Of a stretch of DNA of 62,361 nucleotides, positions 1 through 8,668 are shown one piece after another (position 1 is the stretch's first letter; the number at the start of each line of letters is the position of its first letter). The notes below the pieces were generated by a model that saw nothing but the letters and a program-made list of their open reading frames with translations, was not told the origin of the DNA and searched no databases. The DNA is from Nitrososphaeria archaeon (GTDB lineage: Archaea > Thermoproteota > Nitrososphaeria_A > Caldarchaeales > JAVZCJ01). The stretch covers positions 1 through 62,361 of the forward strand of contig JBGVSY010000120.1 of NCBI GenBank assembly GCA_041862235.1. The letters are read 5' to 3'. The translations under genes and the position numbers were made by a program.

Positions 1-1109
1 TCTGGTTCCTTCCCAACTACCTCATCGGTCTTGGCAAGGAGGCCACGATCATGGGGATCGTGCTCACGGTTGGGTCCTTCGTCGTGGCCATCCTCTCGCC
101 TTTCGGGGGCTACGCGGGAGACGTGTACGGCCGAAGGAGGATGTTGGTGCTATCCCCCGTCGTTGCCTCCCTGGGATGGTTCGTCCTCGCCATTTCGGGC
201 GACTGGGTGACCGCGGCAATTGGCTTCTCCCTGGTTCAGGCACCCGGCACCGTCGCTGCACCCGCGATGAGCGCCTGCATTGGCGACGTTGTGGTTGATG
301 AGAAGCTGGGCAGAGCCTACGGCATGCTTGGCTCGGTGCTCAACGTCGCTGCTGTGGCCGGCCCCGTCCTCGTGGGCGTCCTTATTGATGCGTACGGCTT
401 CCAAGTTGCATTGCTGGCCGTCGCAGTCGTGACACTTCTTAGTGCGGCTCTGAGGCTCCTGCTCAGGGAGGCCGTGCCGTCCGAGGCTCCACTTCGATGG
501 AGATCCATACCGAAGAGAATGGGAGCATCCCTACGCTCCCCTGTGATCAGGTATTCGGTCGCTCTGCAGACCGCGTATTTCGCCGTACTGAGCATCTCCT
601 ACCCCCTAGTCCCGATTGTTATGGAAAAAGTCTACCACTACGACTTCTTCCTCGTGGGTTTGATCCGGTCATTTGGAAACCTAGTCTTTGCAGCGGTCAG
701 CGCTATCGGAGGAAGGATGACCGAGACCGGGAATCGACGAGCCATGCTGGCTGTGAACGTAGCGGGTAGGGCAGCCTTCTTTGTCCTGTTCGCGTTCTAC
801 AGTTCGCTGCCGGCGCTGCTGGCCATAATTGCCCTAGATTCAATCGCCACGCCCTTTCTAACTCCAATGACAGATTCCTTCATAGCCAAGGACACAAGAA
901 AGGAGGAGCGCGGAACGGTCTTCGGCTTCCTAAGGACCTGGATTGCACTGGGGCAGACTCCCGCGACACCCGCTGGTGGATACATATTCGACTACCTCGG
1001 ATATCGCGCGCCCTTTCTTGTTTCAGCGTCGCTTATGATACCCGTCGCTGCATATGCCCTCAGAGCCCTGCCGCCAAAGGAGCGAACAGACAGGGGACCC
1101 GGAGGCTGA
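1..1109 (+). CDS. MFS-type transporter, 5' end cut by window edge
   Basis: ORF 51..1109 stays open in the same frame back to base 3. It is very hydrophobic with many TM segments. The loop GGYAGDVYGRRRM resembles the MFS TM2-TM3 G-x3-D-x2-GRR motif. Confidence 0.75.
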   Translation, partial: WFLPNYLIGLGKEATIMGIVLTVGSFVVAILSPFGGYAGDVYGRRRMLVLSPVVASLGWFVLAISGDWVTAAIGFSLVQAPGTVAAPAMSACIGDVVVDEKLGRAYGMLGSVLNVAAVAGPVLVGVLIDAYGFQVALLAVAVVTLLSAALRLLLREAVPSEAPLRWRSIPKRMGASLRSPVIRYSVALQTAYFAVLSISYPLVPIVMEKVYHYDFFLVGLIRSFGNLVFAAVSAIGGRMTETGNRRAMLAVNVAGRAAFFVLFAFYSSLPALLAIIALDSIATPFLTPMTDSFIAKDTRKEERGTVFGFLRTWIALGQTPATPAGGYIFDYLGYRAPFLVSASLMIPVAAYALRALPPKERTDRGPGG

Positions 1110-1263
1110 GTGAGATCAGTCGAGATCGATCCAAGTCAATGTGTGCGGTTTGAGCAACGCAGGGTCAGACTTAATTACCCAATGGCGGCCAGCACGAATC
1201 CGGTGTAGCCAGTTGGGCTTAAGAACAGTTAGGATAGTTCCTCCGCATGGATGCAACCTAATA

Positions 1264-1695
1264 ATGGGGTCAACCCACTTCATCAAGTCCGCCGAGGATA
1301 TCTACGAGGCTATCGTGACCAGCGTGCCGGGGATCAAGTTTGGCTTGGCCTTCACGGAGGCATCCGGTCCCTGCCTAGTCAGGACAGAAGGAACGGACGA
1401 TGCTCTGAGAGAGCTGGCTGCTCAGTTCGCCCTAAACATCTCGTGCGGTCACACGTTCATCATATTCCTCAGGAACGCGTACCCCATCAACGTCCTAAAT
1501 GCCGTCAAGAGGGTCCCTGAGGTGTGCAACATCCTCTGCGCCACTGCGAACCCAGTGGAGGTGGTTGTCTTCGAAACAGATCAGGGGGCAGCAGTACTGG
1601 GCGTCGTCGACGGCTACTTCTCCAAGGGCATTGAGAAGCCCGAGGATAGGCAGCAAAGGAGGAGCTTCCTAAGAGAAATCGGGTACAAGCTCTAG
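1264..1695 (+). CDS. adenosine-specific kinase family protein (PF04008-like)
   Basis: From the internal ATG the product (MGSTHFIKSAEDIYEAIVTSVPGIKFGLAFTEASGP...PINVLNAVKRVPEVC...LGVVDG...FLREIGYK) matches my memory of the small archaeal adenosine-specific kinase family. The 41 codons upstream in the ORF look non-coding. Confidence 0.55.
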   Translation: MGSTHFIKSAEDIYEAIVTSVPGIKFGLAFTEASGPCLVRTEGTDDALRELAAQFALNISCGHTFIIFLRNAYPINVLNAVKRVPEVCNILCATANPVEVVVFETDQGAAVLGVVDGYFSKGIEKPEDRQQRRSFLREIGYKL

Positions 1696-1754
1696 CGAGG
1701 GCACTATCTGTTCCTCGCCAGGGTACGACGCCACGGTCTTTTGACGGCCGTGGC

Positions 1755-2345
1755 CTATTGATGTTTCACTATGCTTCGAACAAGTTTCGTGGGGTTTCCT
1801 ATGAGGCGGATCTTCTTCTTCTTGAGCAGCTTCGTTATGAACGGATCGAGAGCCGTAACCCTTTCAGCCAGCTGCTCGTGGGTGACCAGAGCGTAGTGGA
1901 TCTGCAGCGAGAGGTCTCGCTCAGCAGCGGCCAACAAGTCGTAGAGCTTTTCTTCAGGGACCTGCCCCACGAGGAAGATCTCCATCTTCTTCGGCATCCT
2001 CTCCCGGGAGCGGGTGTAGCTTCCGAAGACGAAAGCAAGCTCAAGGCCGTCAAAGTCTGAGAGGCCCTTCTTCAGGTACTCCAATGCACCTTCTGTCTTG
2101 AGGAAGATCGACCTGAGATCTTGGTAGATCGGCGCTTCCTTGTTGACCGTGTAGTACTTCGCCTTGCCTTTCTTTTCGGTCTTCAGGAGCCCTATCTCCT
2201 CTAGGTTGATGAGTTCCAGTCTCACCGCGTTCATGTTGAGCTTGATCTTTCTGGAAAGCTGTCTTATGTAGAACTCCCTGTTGGGGTTGAGGAGGAAGGT
2301 CGAGAGCAGCCTAACGCGGGTCTTGGACCCGAACAGGGACTCCAT
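1755..2345 (-). CDS. winged-helix transcription regulator with C-terminal degenerate nucleotidyltransferase-like domain
   Basis: The N-terminus is ArsR/wHTH-like (TRVRLLSTFLLNPNREFYIRQLSRKIKLNMNAVRLELINLEEIGLL). The C-terminus has an FGSYTRS...IFLVG NTase-like core without the DxD pair. Confidence 0.55.
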   Translation of the reverse strand: MESLFGSKTRVRLLSTFLLNPNREFYIRQLSRKIKLNMNAVRLELINLEEIGLLKTEKKGKAKYYTVNKEAPIYQDLRSIFLKTEGALEYLKKGLSDFDGLELAFVFGSYTRSRERMPKKMEIFLVGQVPEEKLYDLLAAAERDLSLQIHYALVTHEQLAERVTALDPFITKLLKKKKIRLIGNPTKLVRSIVKHQ

Positions 2346-2403
2346 GTCTGGATCGTATAGTTTTAGTGTTCAGTTGGGATTAAAGTGTTGCGAATAGAGA
2401 CAC

Positions 2404-3513
2404 CTACGCCACAGCAACCGAAGGAACACTGACGCGGCGCATCCGGAGGACGGCAAGAGAGGTGACTGCGACGGCGACTGAGAGAGATGCGATGAAGACC
2501 CAGAGAGGAACATCCCAGGAGGTGGCGGAAGTTGTGGTCCAGACGGTTGAGACCAAGGTACATGTGGTCGTCTCTGTCGCCAGAGACGTCGAGCTGTGTG
2601 CCGTGAGGGTTGTTGTCGTGATGATTTGAGTGGACGTGGTCGTTGTGGCTATGCTGCTGATGACCGTGCGGTTTGATGTCAAGGTGATAGTCGAAGTTTC
2701 GCTGGAGGTTTCAGTGACTGTGAAAGACTCGGTGGTCTCCGCCGTCGAAAGGTAGATGATTGAGGTGGTATGTGTGTACGTGGTGGCCGAGGCGCCTTGT
2801 ATGAGTAGCCTTCCCCATGTGCTCGGCGAGTTCTCGCCGAAAGAGGATGTGGGAGGCCAAGTTCCGGCCGCTGTCTGATTGGAGGTTACCAGGTCGAAGT
2901 ACTGGAACCCGATCCCGAGTGTCTTCGATTGACCAATCATGAATCCTGAGTAGCCCATGGTGACCCCGAGCTGCGACAAGGGTACCCTCACCTCAACGCT
3001 CCAACTCGATGATGAGTCCAGTAACTTGCTCTCCCAAGGCGGCAGCGAAGACGCCCAGCTTTGCCCGTTGCCCTGGATCAGGGAGCTCTGTCCTGCTCTT
3101 CCTAGTTCGAGCCTCCTGTCGTCTGGCCAAGGCGAGGTTGCCGCGTCGTGATCGGTATCTACGAGAAGCACCACTCTGTCCCAGGTATCGGGGGTCGCAT
3201 CCTCTACCAGCCAGGCCAGCCAGAGAGAAATGCCGTCGTGCTTAATCCACACCTGGCACTCACGGGTCTGTAACTTCGACACCAGCTGCACGGGCGTGGC
3301 GTCTGCCCATTCTCCTGAGAAGGAGGCAAGGTTCCCATCGAGTCTGGGCGTCCACCCTCCCGTCACCGTTGCCTGCCAACTAGCAGCCGCTCCGACAGGA
3401 GGGGTAGGGGAGAGGGCGAACATGCAGACGGCGATCAGGAGGCAGGCACGCGTGAGATCACCAGCCAAACTGAGTGTGTCGAGACCGATCCCTCTCAGGC
3501 GGACGCACTTCAC
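2404..3513 (-). CDS. secreted surface protein, Thr/Ser-rich stalk, C-terminal TM anchor (paralogue of next gene)
   Basis: It has an N-terminal signal-like hydrophobic segment, a globular domain with the DGNLASFSGEWADA motif, a roughly 90-aa Thr/Ser-rich low-complexity stalk, and a terminal TM helix plus basic tail. Its GTG start overlaps the upstream stop (GTGA). Confidence 0.7.
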   Translation of the reverse strand: MKCVRLRGIGLDTLSLAGDLTRACLLIAVCMFALSPTPPVGAAASWQATVTGGWTPRLDGNLASFSGEWADATPVQLVSKLQTRECQVWIKHDGISLWLAWLVEDATPDTWDRVVLLVDTDHDAATSPWPDDRRLELGRAGQSSLIQGNGQSWASSLPPWESKLLDSSSSWSVEVRVPLSQLGVTMGYSGFMIGQSKTLGIGFQYFDLVTSNQTAAGTWPPTSSFGENSPSTWGRLLIQGASATTYTHTTSIIYLSTAETTESFTVTETSSETSTITLTSNRTVISSIATTTTSTQIITTTTLTAHSSTSLATETTTCTLVSTVWTTTSATSWDVPLWVFIASLSVAVAVTSLAVLRMRRVSVPSVAVA

Positions 3514-4565
3514 GGTCTTTCACCTCTCAGCAGTGCGTAGAATAGGATCGCGATAGAGACCGCGAGAGCCGCGACGAGAACGGTCCATGACGGAACGCCG
3601 ACCAGCCGCTCCTCGAGAATGAGCGTTGACGTGGAGCCGATCTGCACACTTCTTGTTGTGGTCTGGGTTGATGTCTTTGTTGTGACTATTGTCTTCGTCG
3701 CGGAGGTCAGCGTGGTCCCAGTAAGTGTCTCGCAGAACGTCTCTCGATGCGTCGTTGAATGAACGAGAGTACTCACTGTTGTGAATGCCAAATACAGCGT
3801 TGTTGTAGACGTTTCGGTAGCTGACTTGGTAATCGCAGACGTGGATGTCGTGAGAACCGTCACTGTAACAGCAGTATGAGTCGGGAAGAGAAGGGTTCCC
3901 CAGGTATACGGGCCGAGGGTGTCGAAAGTGGGGCTGCTGGGCCAGAACCCGGTGCCTGATCCGGCGGCTCTGAAAGCTATTCCCATTGGGCGAAGCTCCT
4001 GTCCCACTCCCATCAGGTCTGATAGAGGTATCTCGATCTCCCCTTGCCATCCCCAGGCCCGGTTTCTCTCCGCATGGATCCAAGATGCGCCGACACCGAC
4101 CTCCCATCCGCTTCCCGTTCCACGGTAGACCGTGGCACCTCCCGATCTCTCAATGTGGAGGAGCAAGTGATCGGGAAGTGGAGCTGATGATCGGTCGTAG
4201 TTGAGATCGATGAATATCTCGATCGATCCTTGGATCGGGTCGGACTCCGTCATGTTATAAGCAACGTAAAAGAGATCGGAATAGGTCTTGGTGTAGATCA
4301 TGTAGAGATCCGGCCCCGGTGGCTGCGTGACTCTCTGAGGTGGGTAAGGACTTTGATCAAACTTTATCCAGCTTGCGTCGCTCCATTCGCCAGGGAAAGT
4401 CTGGAGGTTTCCGTCCATCGCGATCACTCTCCCCTGGTTCGCTGGTATGAACCACTGCGAGCTCAGCTGGGCAGCCGCTGACGAAAGAACTGCCAGGAGT
4501 AATAGCACCGCCGCTGCCAGCACATGGCTTGCTTTGGTCGGCGACCCATTGCGTCGAAGAGGCAC
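3510..4565 (-). CDS. secreted surface protein, Thr/Ser-rich stalk, C-terminal TM anchor (paralogue of previous gene)
   Basis: The architecture matches 2404..3513: signal peptide, DGNLQTFPGEWSDA motif, Thr-rich stalk, and a C-terminal TM helix ending in LLRGERP. Confidence 0.7.
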   Translation of the reverse strand: MPLRRNGSPTKASHVLAAAVLLLLAVLSSAAAQLSSQWFIPANQGRVIAMDGNLQTFPGEWSDASWIKFDQSPYPPQRVTQPPGPDLYMIYTKTYSDLFYVAYNMTESDPIQGSIEIFIDLNYDRSSAPLPDHLLLHIERSGGATVYRGTGSGWEVGVGASWIHAERNRAWGWQGEIEIPLSDLMGVGQELRPMGIAFRAAGSGTGFWPSSPTFDTLGPYTWGTLLFPTHTAVTVTVLTTSTSAITKSATETSTTTLYLAFTTVSTLVHSTTHRETFCETLTGTTLTSATKTIVTTKTSTQTTTRSVQIGSTSTLILEERLVGVPSWTVLVAALAVSIAILFYALLRGERP

Positions 4566-4592
4566 TAAGTGGCCACGACCTAGGACGCGGCG

Positions 4593-5237
4593 CTAGGCCT
4601 GGACCCATGACTTACATATCTTGACCCCGTCAATTGCGTCCTTGGCCGCAGCATCTGCGTGTATCTTCTCGGCGTACTGGCTTGTGACAGGAGCTCCACC
4701 GATGATCACCTTCACTCCGTGCTTCAACCCAGCCTCCTCTAGAGCCCTCACCACTTTCTCCATCTCTGGCATGGTGACAGTGATGAGCGCCGACATGCCT
4801 ACTATCTCGGGTTTCTCCTTTTTGACGGCTTCAACGAACTTCTCCGCTGGCGCGTCCACACCAAGGTCCACGATGTCGAAGCCGGCCGCCCCAAGCATAA
4901 CAGAAACCACGTTCTTGCCTATGTCATGGAGGTCGCCGTAAACAGTTCCTATTACAATCTTTCCTATCTTTTTCACCTGGCCACTCTTGAGGTGCGGCTT
5001 CAGCACCTTCATCCCTTCCTTCATAACCTCCCCTGCCACGATCAGTTCCGACAGGAAGTACTCATTGGCTTCGTACTTCTCGCCCACGATTCGCATTCCT
5101 TCGGCCATACCCTCATCGACAATCTTGAACGCCGGAACACCTGCATCCAAGACCTGCTGGCAGGCTTCCTGGACCTGGTCGAACTTCAGTCCAACGATGC
5201 AGTCCACAACTTTCTGCAACGCCTCTTTCTCAGCCAT
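4593..5237 (-). CDS. cobalamin-binding corrinoid protein of the methyltransferase-associated (MtaC/MtbC/MttC-like) type
   Basis: It has a B12-binding helical cap followed by a Rossmann domain with the D-x-H-x2-G signature (GDLHDIGKNVV), plus GMSALITVTM and VKVIIGGAP. Confidence 0.85.
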   Translation of the reverse strand: MAEKEALQKVVDCIVGLKFDQVQEACQQVLDAGVPAFKIVDEGMAEGMRIVGEKYEANEYFLSELIVAGEVMKEGMKVLKPHLKSGQVKKIGKIVIGTVYGDLHDIGKNVVSVMLGAAGFDIVDLGVDAPAEKFVEAVKKEKPEIVGMSALITVTMPEMEKVVRALEEAGLKHGVKVIIGGAPVTSQYAEKIHADAAAKDAIDGVKICKSWVQA

Positions 5238-5371
5238 CTTGCTTTCACCATGAACAGGTTTCGGGAAAACGGTTCCTGGCCGTTGAGATCTGTATTTAGT
5301 TAAGCTTTTCTCTCGAGCCTAGGTCTCCAGGCACCCAAAGACTCAAAAAGAGACAGACGCGGCTCTGCAGC

Positions 5372-7258
5372 ATGCGGACCCGAAACTCTGTTGAGTTTCA
5401 AGAGGAGTCGCTGAAGAAGGCTGTCTCCAAGGGTCAGAGCGTCTTGGACGCAGCCCTTTCTCTGGGCCTGGAGATCAACAGCCTCTGCGGCGGGAAGGGG
5501 CGGTGTGGAAAATGTGTGATAAGGATTCAGGGAGGCTCTGTGTCCCCGCCAACAGATTCGGAGAGACGACTCATTGGCAAGCGGTCGATAGGTGGCGGGT
5601 ATCGGCTCGCGTGTCAGGTCTTTCCAAGAGGGAGCGTCTCCGTCTCGATACCCGGTTCGTCTCGGCCTCAGGCAGCCAAGATTCTCACCTGGGGCTTAGA
5701 GCTGCCGGTGAGGATCCGTCCTCGAACGAGCAAGCTTCATGCGCGTCTCACGCGCCCAACGCTGCACGACCAGGCGTCGGACTTGGAGCGGGTGCTGGCT
5801 GCCGCACGGGCTAGGGTAATAGATCTGGACGTTCTTTCATCCCTTCCCTCAAGGATCAGGGAAGCAGGCTGGAATGTCACTCTCACCTCTCACTCGGGAG
5901 AAATCGTTGACGTGGAACCGGGGGATACGAGAGATGAACTCTACGGCCTGGCTGTGGACCTCGGAACCACTACGGTCGTCGCCTACTTGGTGGGGATGAA
6001 TGATGGTCATATCAAAGGCGTCGAGTCGGCTCTGAACGGTCAGGCTGTTCACGGGGAGGATGTTATCTCCAGGGTCGGGTTCGTGGCTGCAAAAACCCGG
6101 AGACTGCGCATAATGCAGCGCTTGGTGGTGGACACAGTTAACCACCTGATCACCAAACTCTGTCTTCGGTCAGGCGCGAGGGCGGAGAACATCTACGAAG
6201 TTGTCTGTGCCGGCAACACCATAATGACCAGCCTGTTTCTAGGAGTGGATCCGTCGAGCATCGCATCTGCCCCCTTTGCGCCGCCATTCAGAAGCGAAAT
6301 GCGAGCCAAGGCGAAGGACCTTGGCCTCCGGATCAACCCGTCAGCCTATGTCTACACAGTTCCCGTGGTCAGCGGGTACATCGGAGGGGACGTCGTCTGC
6401 GATACACTCGTGTCGGGTGTGCATCGGTCATCTGATCTCTGTCTTCTGGTCGATGTGGGGACAAACGGGGAGGTTGTCCTGGGATCCAAAGGACGGCTAC
6501 ACAGCGCTTCATGCGCCGCGGGCCCCGCCTTTGAGGGAGCCGAGATCACCTTCGGTATGCGCGCGGAGATAGGCGCGATTGAGAGGGTGATGATAGACCC
6601 TCAGAACCACCAGGTCTACTACAGAACGATCGGTGGCGAAAAGGCTAGAGGGCTCTGCGGGTCCGGGCTGGTCGACGCGATTGCTTGGATGCTCTTGTCG
6701 GGAGTGATTGATACAGGAGGCAAATTTGTCAGAGAACTCGAGACCGATCGGCTGAAGTTGAAGTCCGGGCAACCGAGCTTCGTCGTATCTTGGGCGCAAG
6801 AGAACTCGTTGGGAAAAGACATAGTTGTGACCCAAAAAGATGTTCGAAGTCTGCAGCTCGCAAAGGCCGCCATGTTCGCCGGCTGTTCCATGCTGATGAA
6901 GAGACGGAAGGTCTCATCGCGTGACATTCGTCGGGTGTACCTTGCAGGTGCGTTCGGAAACTACTTGGACCCTGCCTCAGCTTTGGTGATTGGCCTAATC
7001 CCGGAGATTCCTCTCGGCAGGATCAAACCGATTGGAAATGGGTCTGGTTTCGGGGCGAAGTTGTACTTGCTCTCGGAGCGACATAGGAAGGAGGCAGCCG
7101 AGATTGCGATCAACTCACGTCACGTCGAGCTAAGCGCTGAGCCCGCGTTTCAGAAGGAGTTTCTCGATGCCACCTATTTGCCTCACCGTGACACCGGCCT
7201 CTTTCCCAGGACGGTCAAAACGATCCGCCAGAGATCCATGGAGCCAAGGATTCCCTAG
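5372..7258 (+). CDS. reductive activator of corrinoid proteins (RACo/RamA-like; 2Fe-2S ferredoxin + ASKHA ATPase domain)
   Basis: The N-terminus has plant-type ferredoxin cysteines (CGGKGRCGKCVIR...C). A long ASKHA-like domain follows (AVDLGTTTVVAYL, LVDVGTNGEVVLG, GLCGSGLVDA). It is divergent from the corrinoid protein gene. Confidence 0.8.
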   Translation: MRTRNSVEFQEESLKKAVSKGQSVLDAALSLGLEINSLCGGKGRCGKCVIRIQGGSVSPPTDSERRLIGKRSIGGGYRLACQVFPRGSVSVSIPGSSRPQAAKILTWGLELPVRIRPRTSKLHARLTRPTLHDQASDLERVLAAARARVIDLDVLSSLPSRIREAGWNVTLTSHSGEIVDVEPGDTRDELYGLAVDLGTTTVVAYLVGMNDGHIKGVESALNGQAVHGEDVISRVGFVAAKTRRLRIMQRLVVDTVNHLITKLCLRSGARAENIYEVVCAGNTIMTSLFLGVDPSSIASAPFAPPFRSEMRAKAKDLGLRINPSAYVYTVPVVSGYIGGDVVCDTLVSGVHRSSDLCLLVDVGTNGEVVLGSKGRLHSASCAAGPAFEGAEITFGMRAEIGAIERVMIDPQNHQVYYRTIGGEKARGLCGSGLVDAIAWMLLSGVIDTGGKFVRELETDRLKLKSGQPSFVVSWAQENSLGKDIVVTQKDVRSLQLAKAAMFAGCSMLMKRRKVSSRDIRRVYLAGAFGNYLDPASALVIGLIPEIPLGRIKPIGNGSGFGAKLYLLSERHRKEAAEIAINSRHVELSAEPAFQKEFLDATYLPHRDTGLFPRTVKTIRQRSMEPRIP

Positions 7259-7314
7259 AACCAATCCCTTCTGATCGATCAAGTTGTCCTTGACCTGCTT
7301 GAAGCGAAGCAGAC

Positions 7315-8133
7315 CTAGAGCAACACATCGAAGAAGAGCAGACCGGCGAGCGGGACAAATGCTGCCCCCCAGATGATGACACTCCACGACATGACCTTTT
7401 GCCCGTCGAGGGGAGGAACCGGCAACAGGTTGAAGACAGCTAGCAGAAGGTTGATACGATAGCCGATGCTGCCCACATTCGCCAGCACGCCGCCGAGTGG
7501 AATTAGCGCACGGAAACCCACTCCGACGGCAACGTTGGCCACTGCTCCCGAGAGAGATATCATCCCGCTCTCCCTTCTGGAGGGTCCCAAGGGTCTCTTG
7601 TGGCTCGGCAGGATGTAGACCGCTCCGGGGGCAGCGAAGAAGAATGTTCCCCCCGTTAGGACCGCTGTGGCAAGAGCTATGATTAGCCCGGACCACCATA
7701 GCTTGAACTGCGCCCACAGTCCATATCTTCGAGCTATAGACCTGTGAGCCAGTTCGTGAAGGAGGAACCCCGAGCCTATCGTGACGAGAGAGATGAGAAA
7801 GTACTCCAAGAAGATTGTGATGTCGTGAAGAAATCTGACCGAGTAGCAGAAAGAGATGCTGATCCAGGCGATCGCAAGATCCCTGAGTTCGCTCTGACGC
7901 CCTAGCACGGAGGCGACTCCTCTGACTCCGCGCTCCGAAGAGGCGCGGGGAACGGATATGGGTCCCTGCTCCCTTCTGCGTCCTCTCCGTTCAGTCTTCG
8001 GTCTTCTCAGCACATCAAGACCCTCGCAGTCATGACCTTCTGGGAGCCGGTGAAACTCGCAGAAAGATCTCCCGCAGTAGGAGCACGTAAAGGGAAGCAC
8101 GACTTCCTTGCCGCATAGACTGCACGTAGCCAA
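7315..8133 (-). CDS. AN1-type zinc finger fused to M50/site-2-protease-like membrane metalloprotease
   Basis: The N-terminal CSLCGKEVVLPFTCSYCGRSFCEFHRLPEGHDC follows the AN1 Cys/His pattern. The membrane part carries HELAH (HExxH) and a later LLPVPPLDG motif. The start is apparently TTG. Confidence 0.7.
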   Translation of the reverse strand: MATCSLCGKEVVLPFTCSYCGRSFCEFHRLPEGHDCEGLDVLRRPKTERRGRRREQGPISVPRASSERGVRGVASVLGRQSELRDLAIAWISISFCYSVRFLHDITIFLEYFLISLVTIGSGFLLHELAHRSIARRYGLWAQFKLWWSGLIIALATAVLTGGTFFFAAPGAVYILPSHKRPLGPSRRESGMISLSGAVANVAVGVGFRALIPLGGVLANVGSIGYRINLLLAVFNLLPVPPLDGQKVMSWSVIIWGAAFVPLAGLLFFDVLL

Positions 8134-8321
8134 TCTTGTGCGCAGCCTCCAACCTATTCTGTCAAGCCACTCCCTACTTGGCCGTTGTCAAAGTGAGCAG
8201 TGCGTGGGAATCCACTCATTTGATGGACCGATCGAGGGTGTTGATCGATAGTCGATAAGGTTCATAGCCTCTCTGCCTCTCGGTTACGCTCTTTCTAGAG
8301 GCTTCTGGATCTCTAAAAGGA

Positions 8322-8531
8322 TTAGACCTTTCCCTTGAATTCTTCGACAAATCTCTTGGCCTGGTACTCGAACTCCCTGCTTTCCACGACAACTTCGGAC
8401 TTCTCATCTTCTTGTGAAAGCGTTACCCTCACGTAGTTGTTTGGGTAGTCTCCAAAAAACACGCAGCAGCGGGTTCGTTCAGCTGTCTTCAAACCGACGT
8501 TCTTAGCAAAGTATTCAACAGCCTCATTCAA
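8322..8531 (-). CDS. hypothetical small protein (69 aa)
   Basis: The ORF has protein-like composition and a TTG start. An in-frame stop lies 29 codons upstream with no other start codon in between. I recognise no family. Confidence 0.35.
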   Translation of the reverse strand: MNEAVEYFAKNVGLKTAERTRCCVFFGDYPNNYVRVTLSQEDEKSEVVVESREFEYQAKRFVEEFKGKV

Positions 8532-8668
8532 TATCGATTCTTGATCCTTCTTAGTTTTGAAAGAAATGGCTATTACGGTCGCACACCCGCTCGAACACCG
8601 TATTCCTCACTCTATTATTCTTTCTCAAGTCACCCAATAAGACGATCGATCTTGCTGTTTTTCAGATT

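Noticed and set aside
3520-4107. A 195-aa same-strand overlapping ORF lies inside the surface-protein gene 3510..4565. Similar internal ORFs occur in 2404..3513.
   Set aside because: It is an alternative frame of a low-complexity Thr-rich (ACN-rich) region. It has Arg/Ser/Asp-rich nonsense composition, and the main frame has a signal peptide and TM anchor.
4593-7258. I looked for in-frame amber (pyrrolysine) codons in the methyl-corrinoid gene pair.
   Set aside because: Both reading frames are continuous without an internal TAG. Pyl-containing methyltransferase genes are not present in this window.
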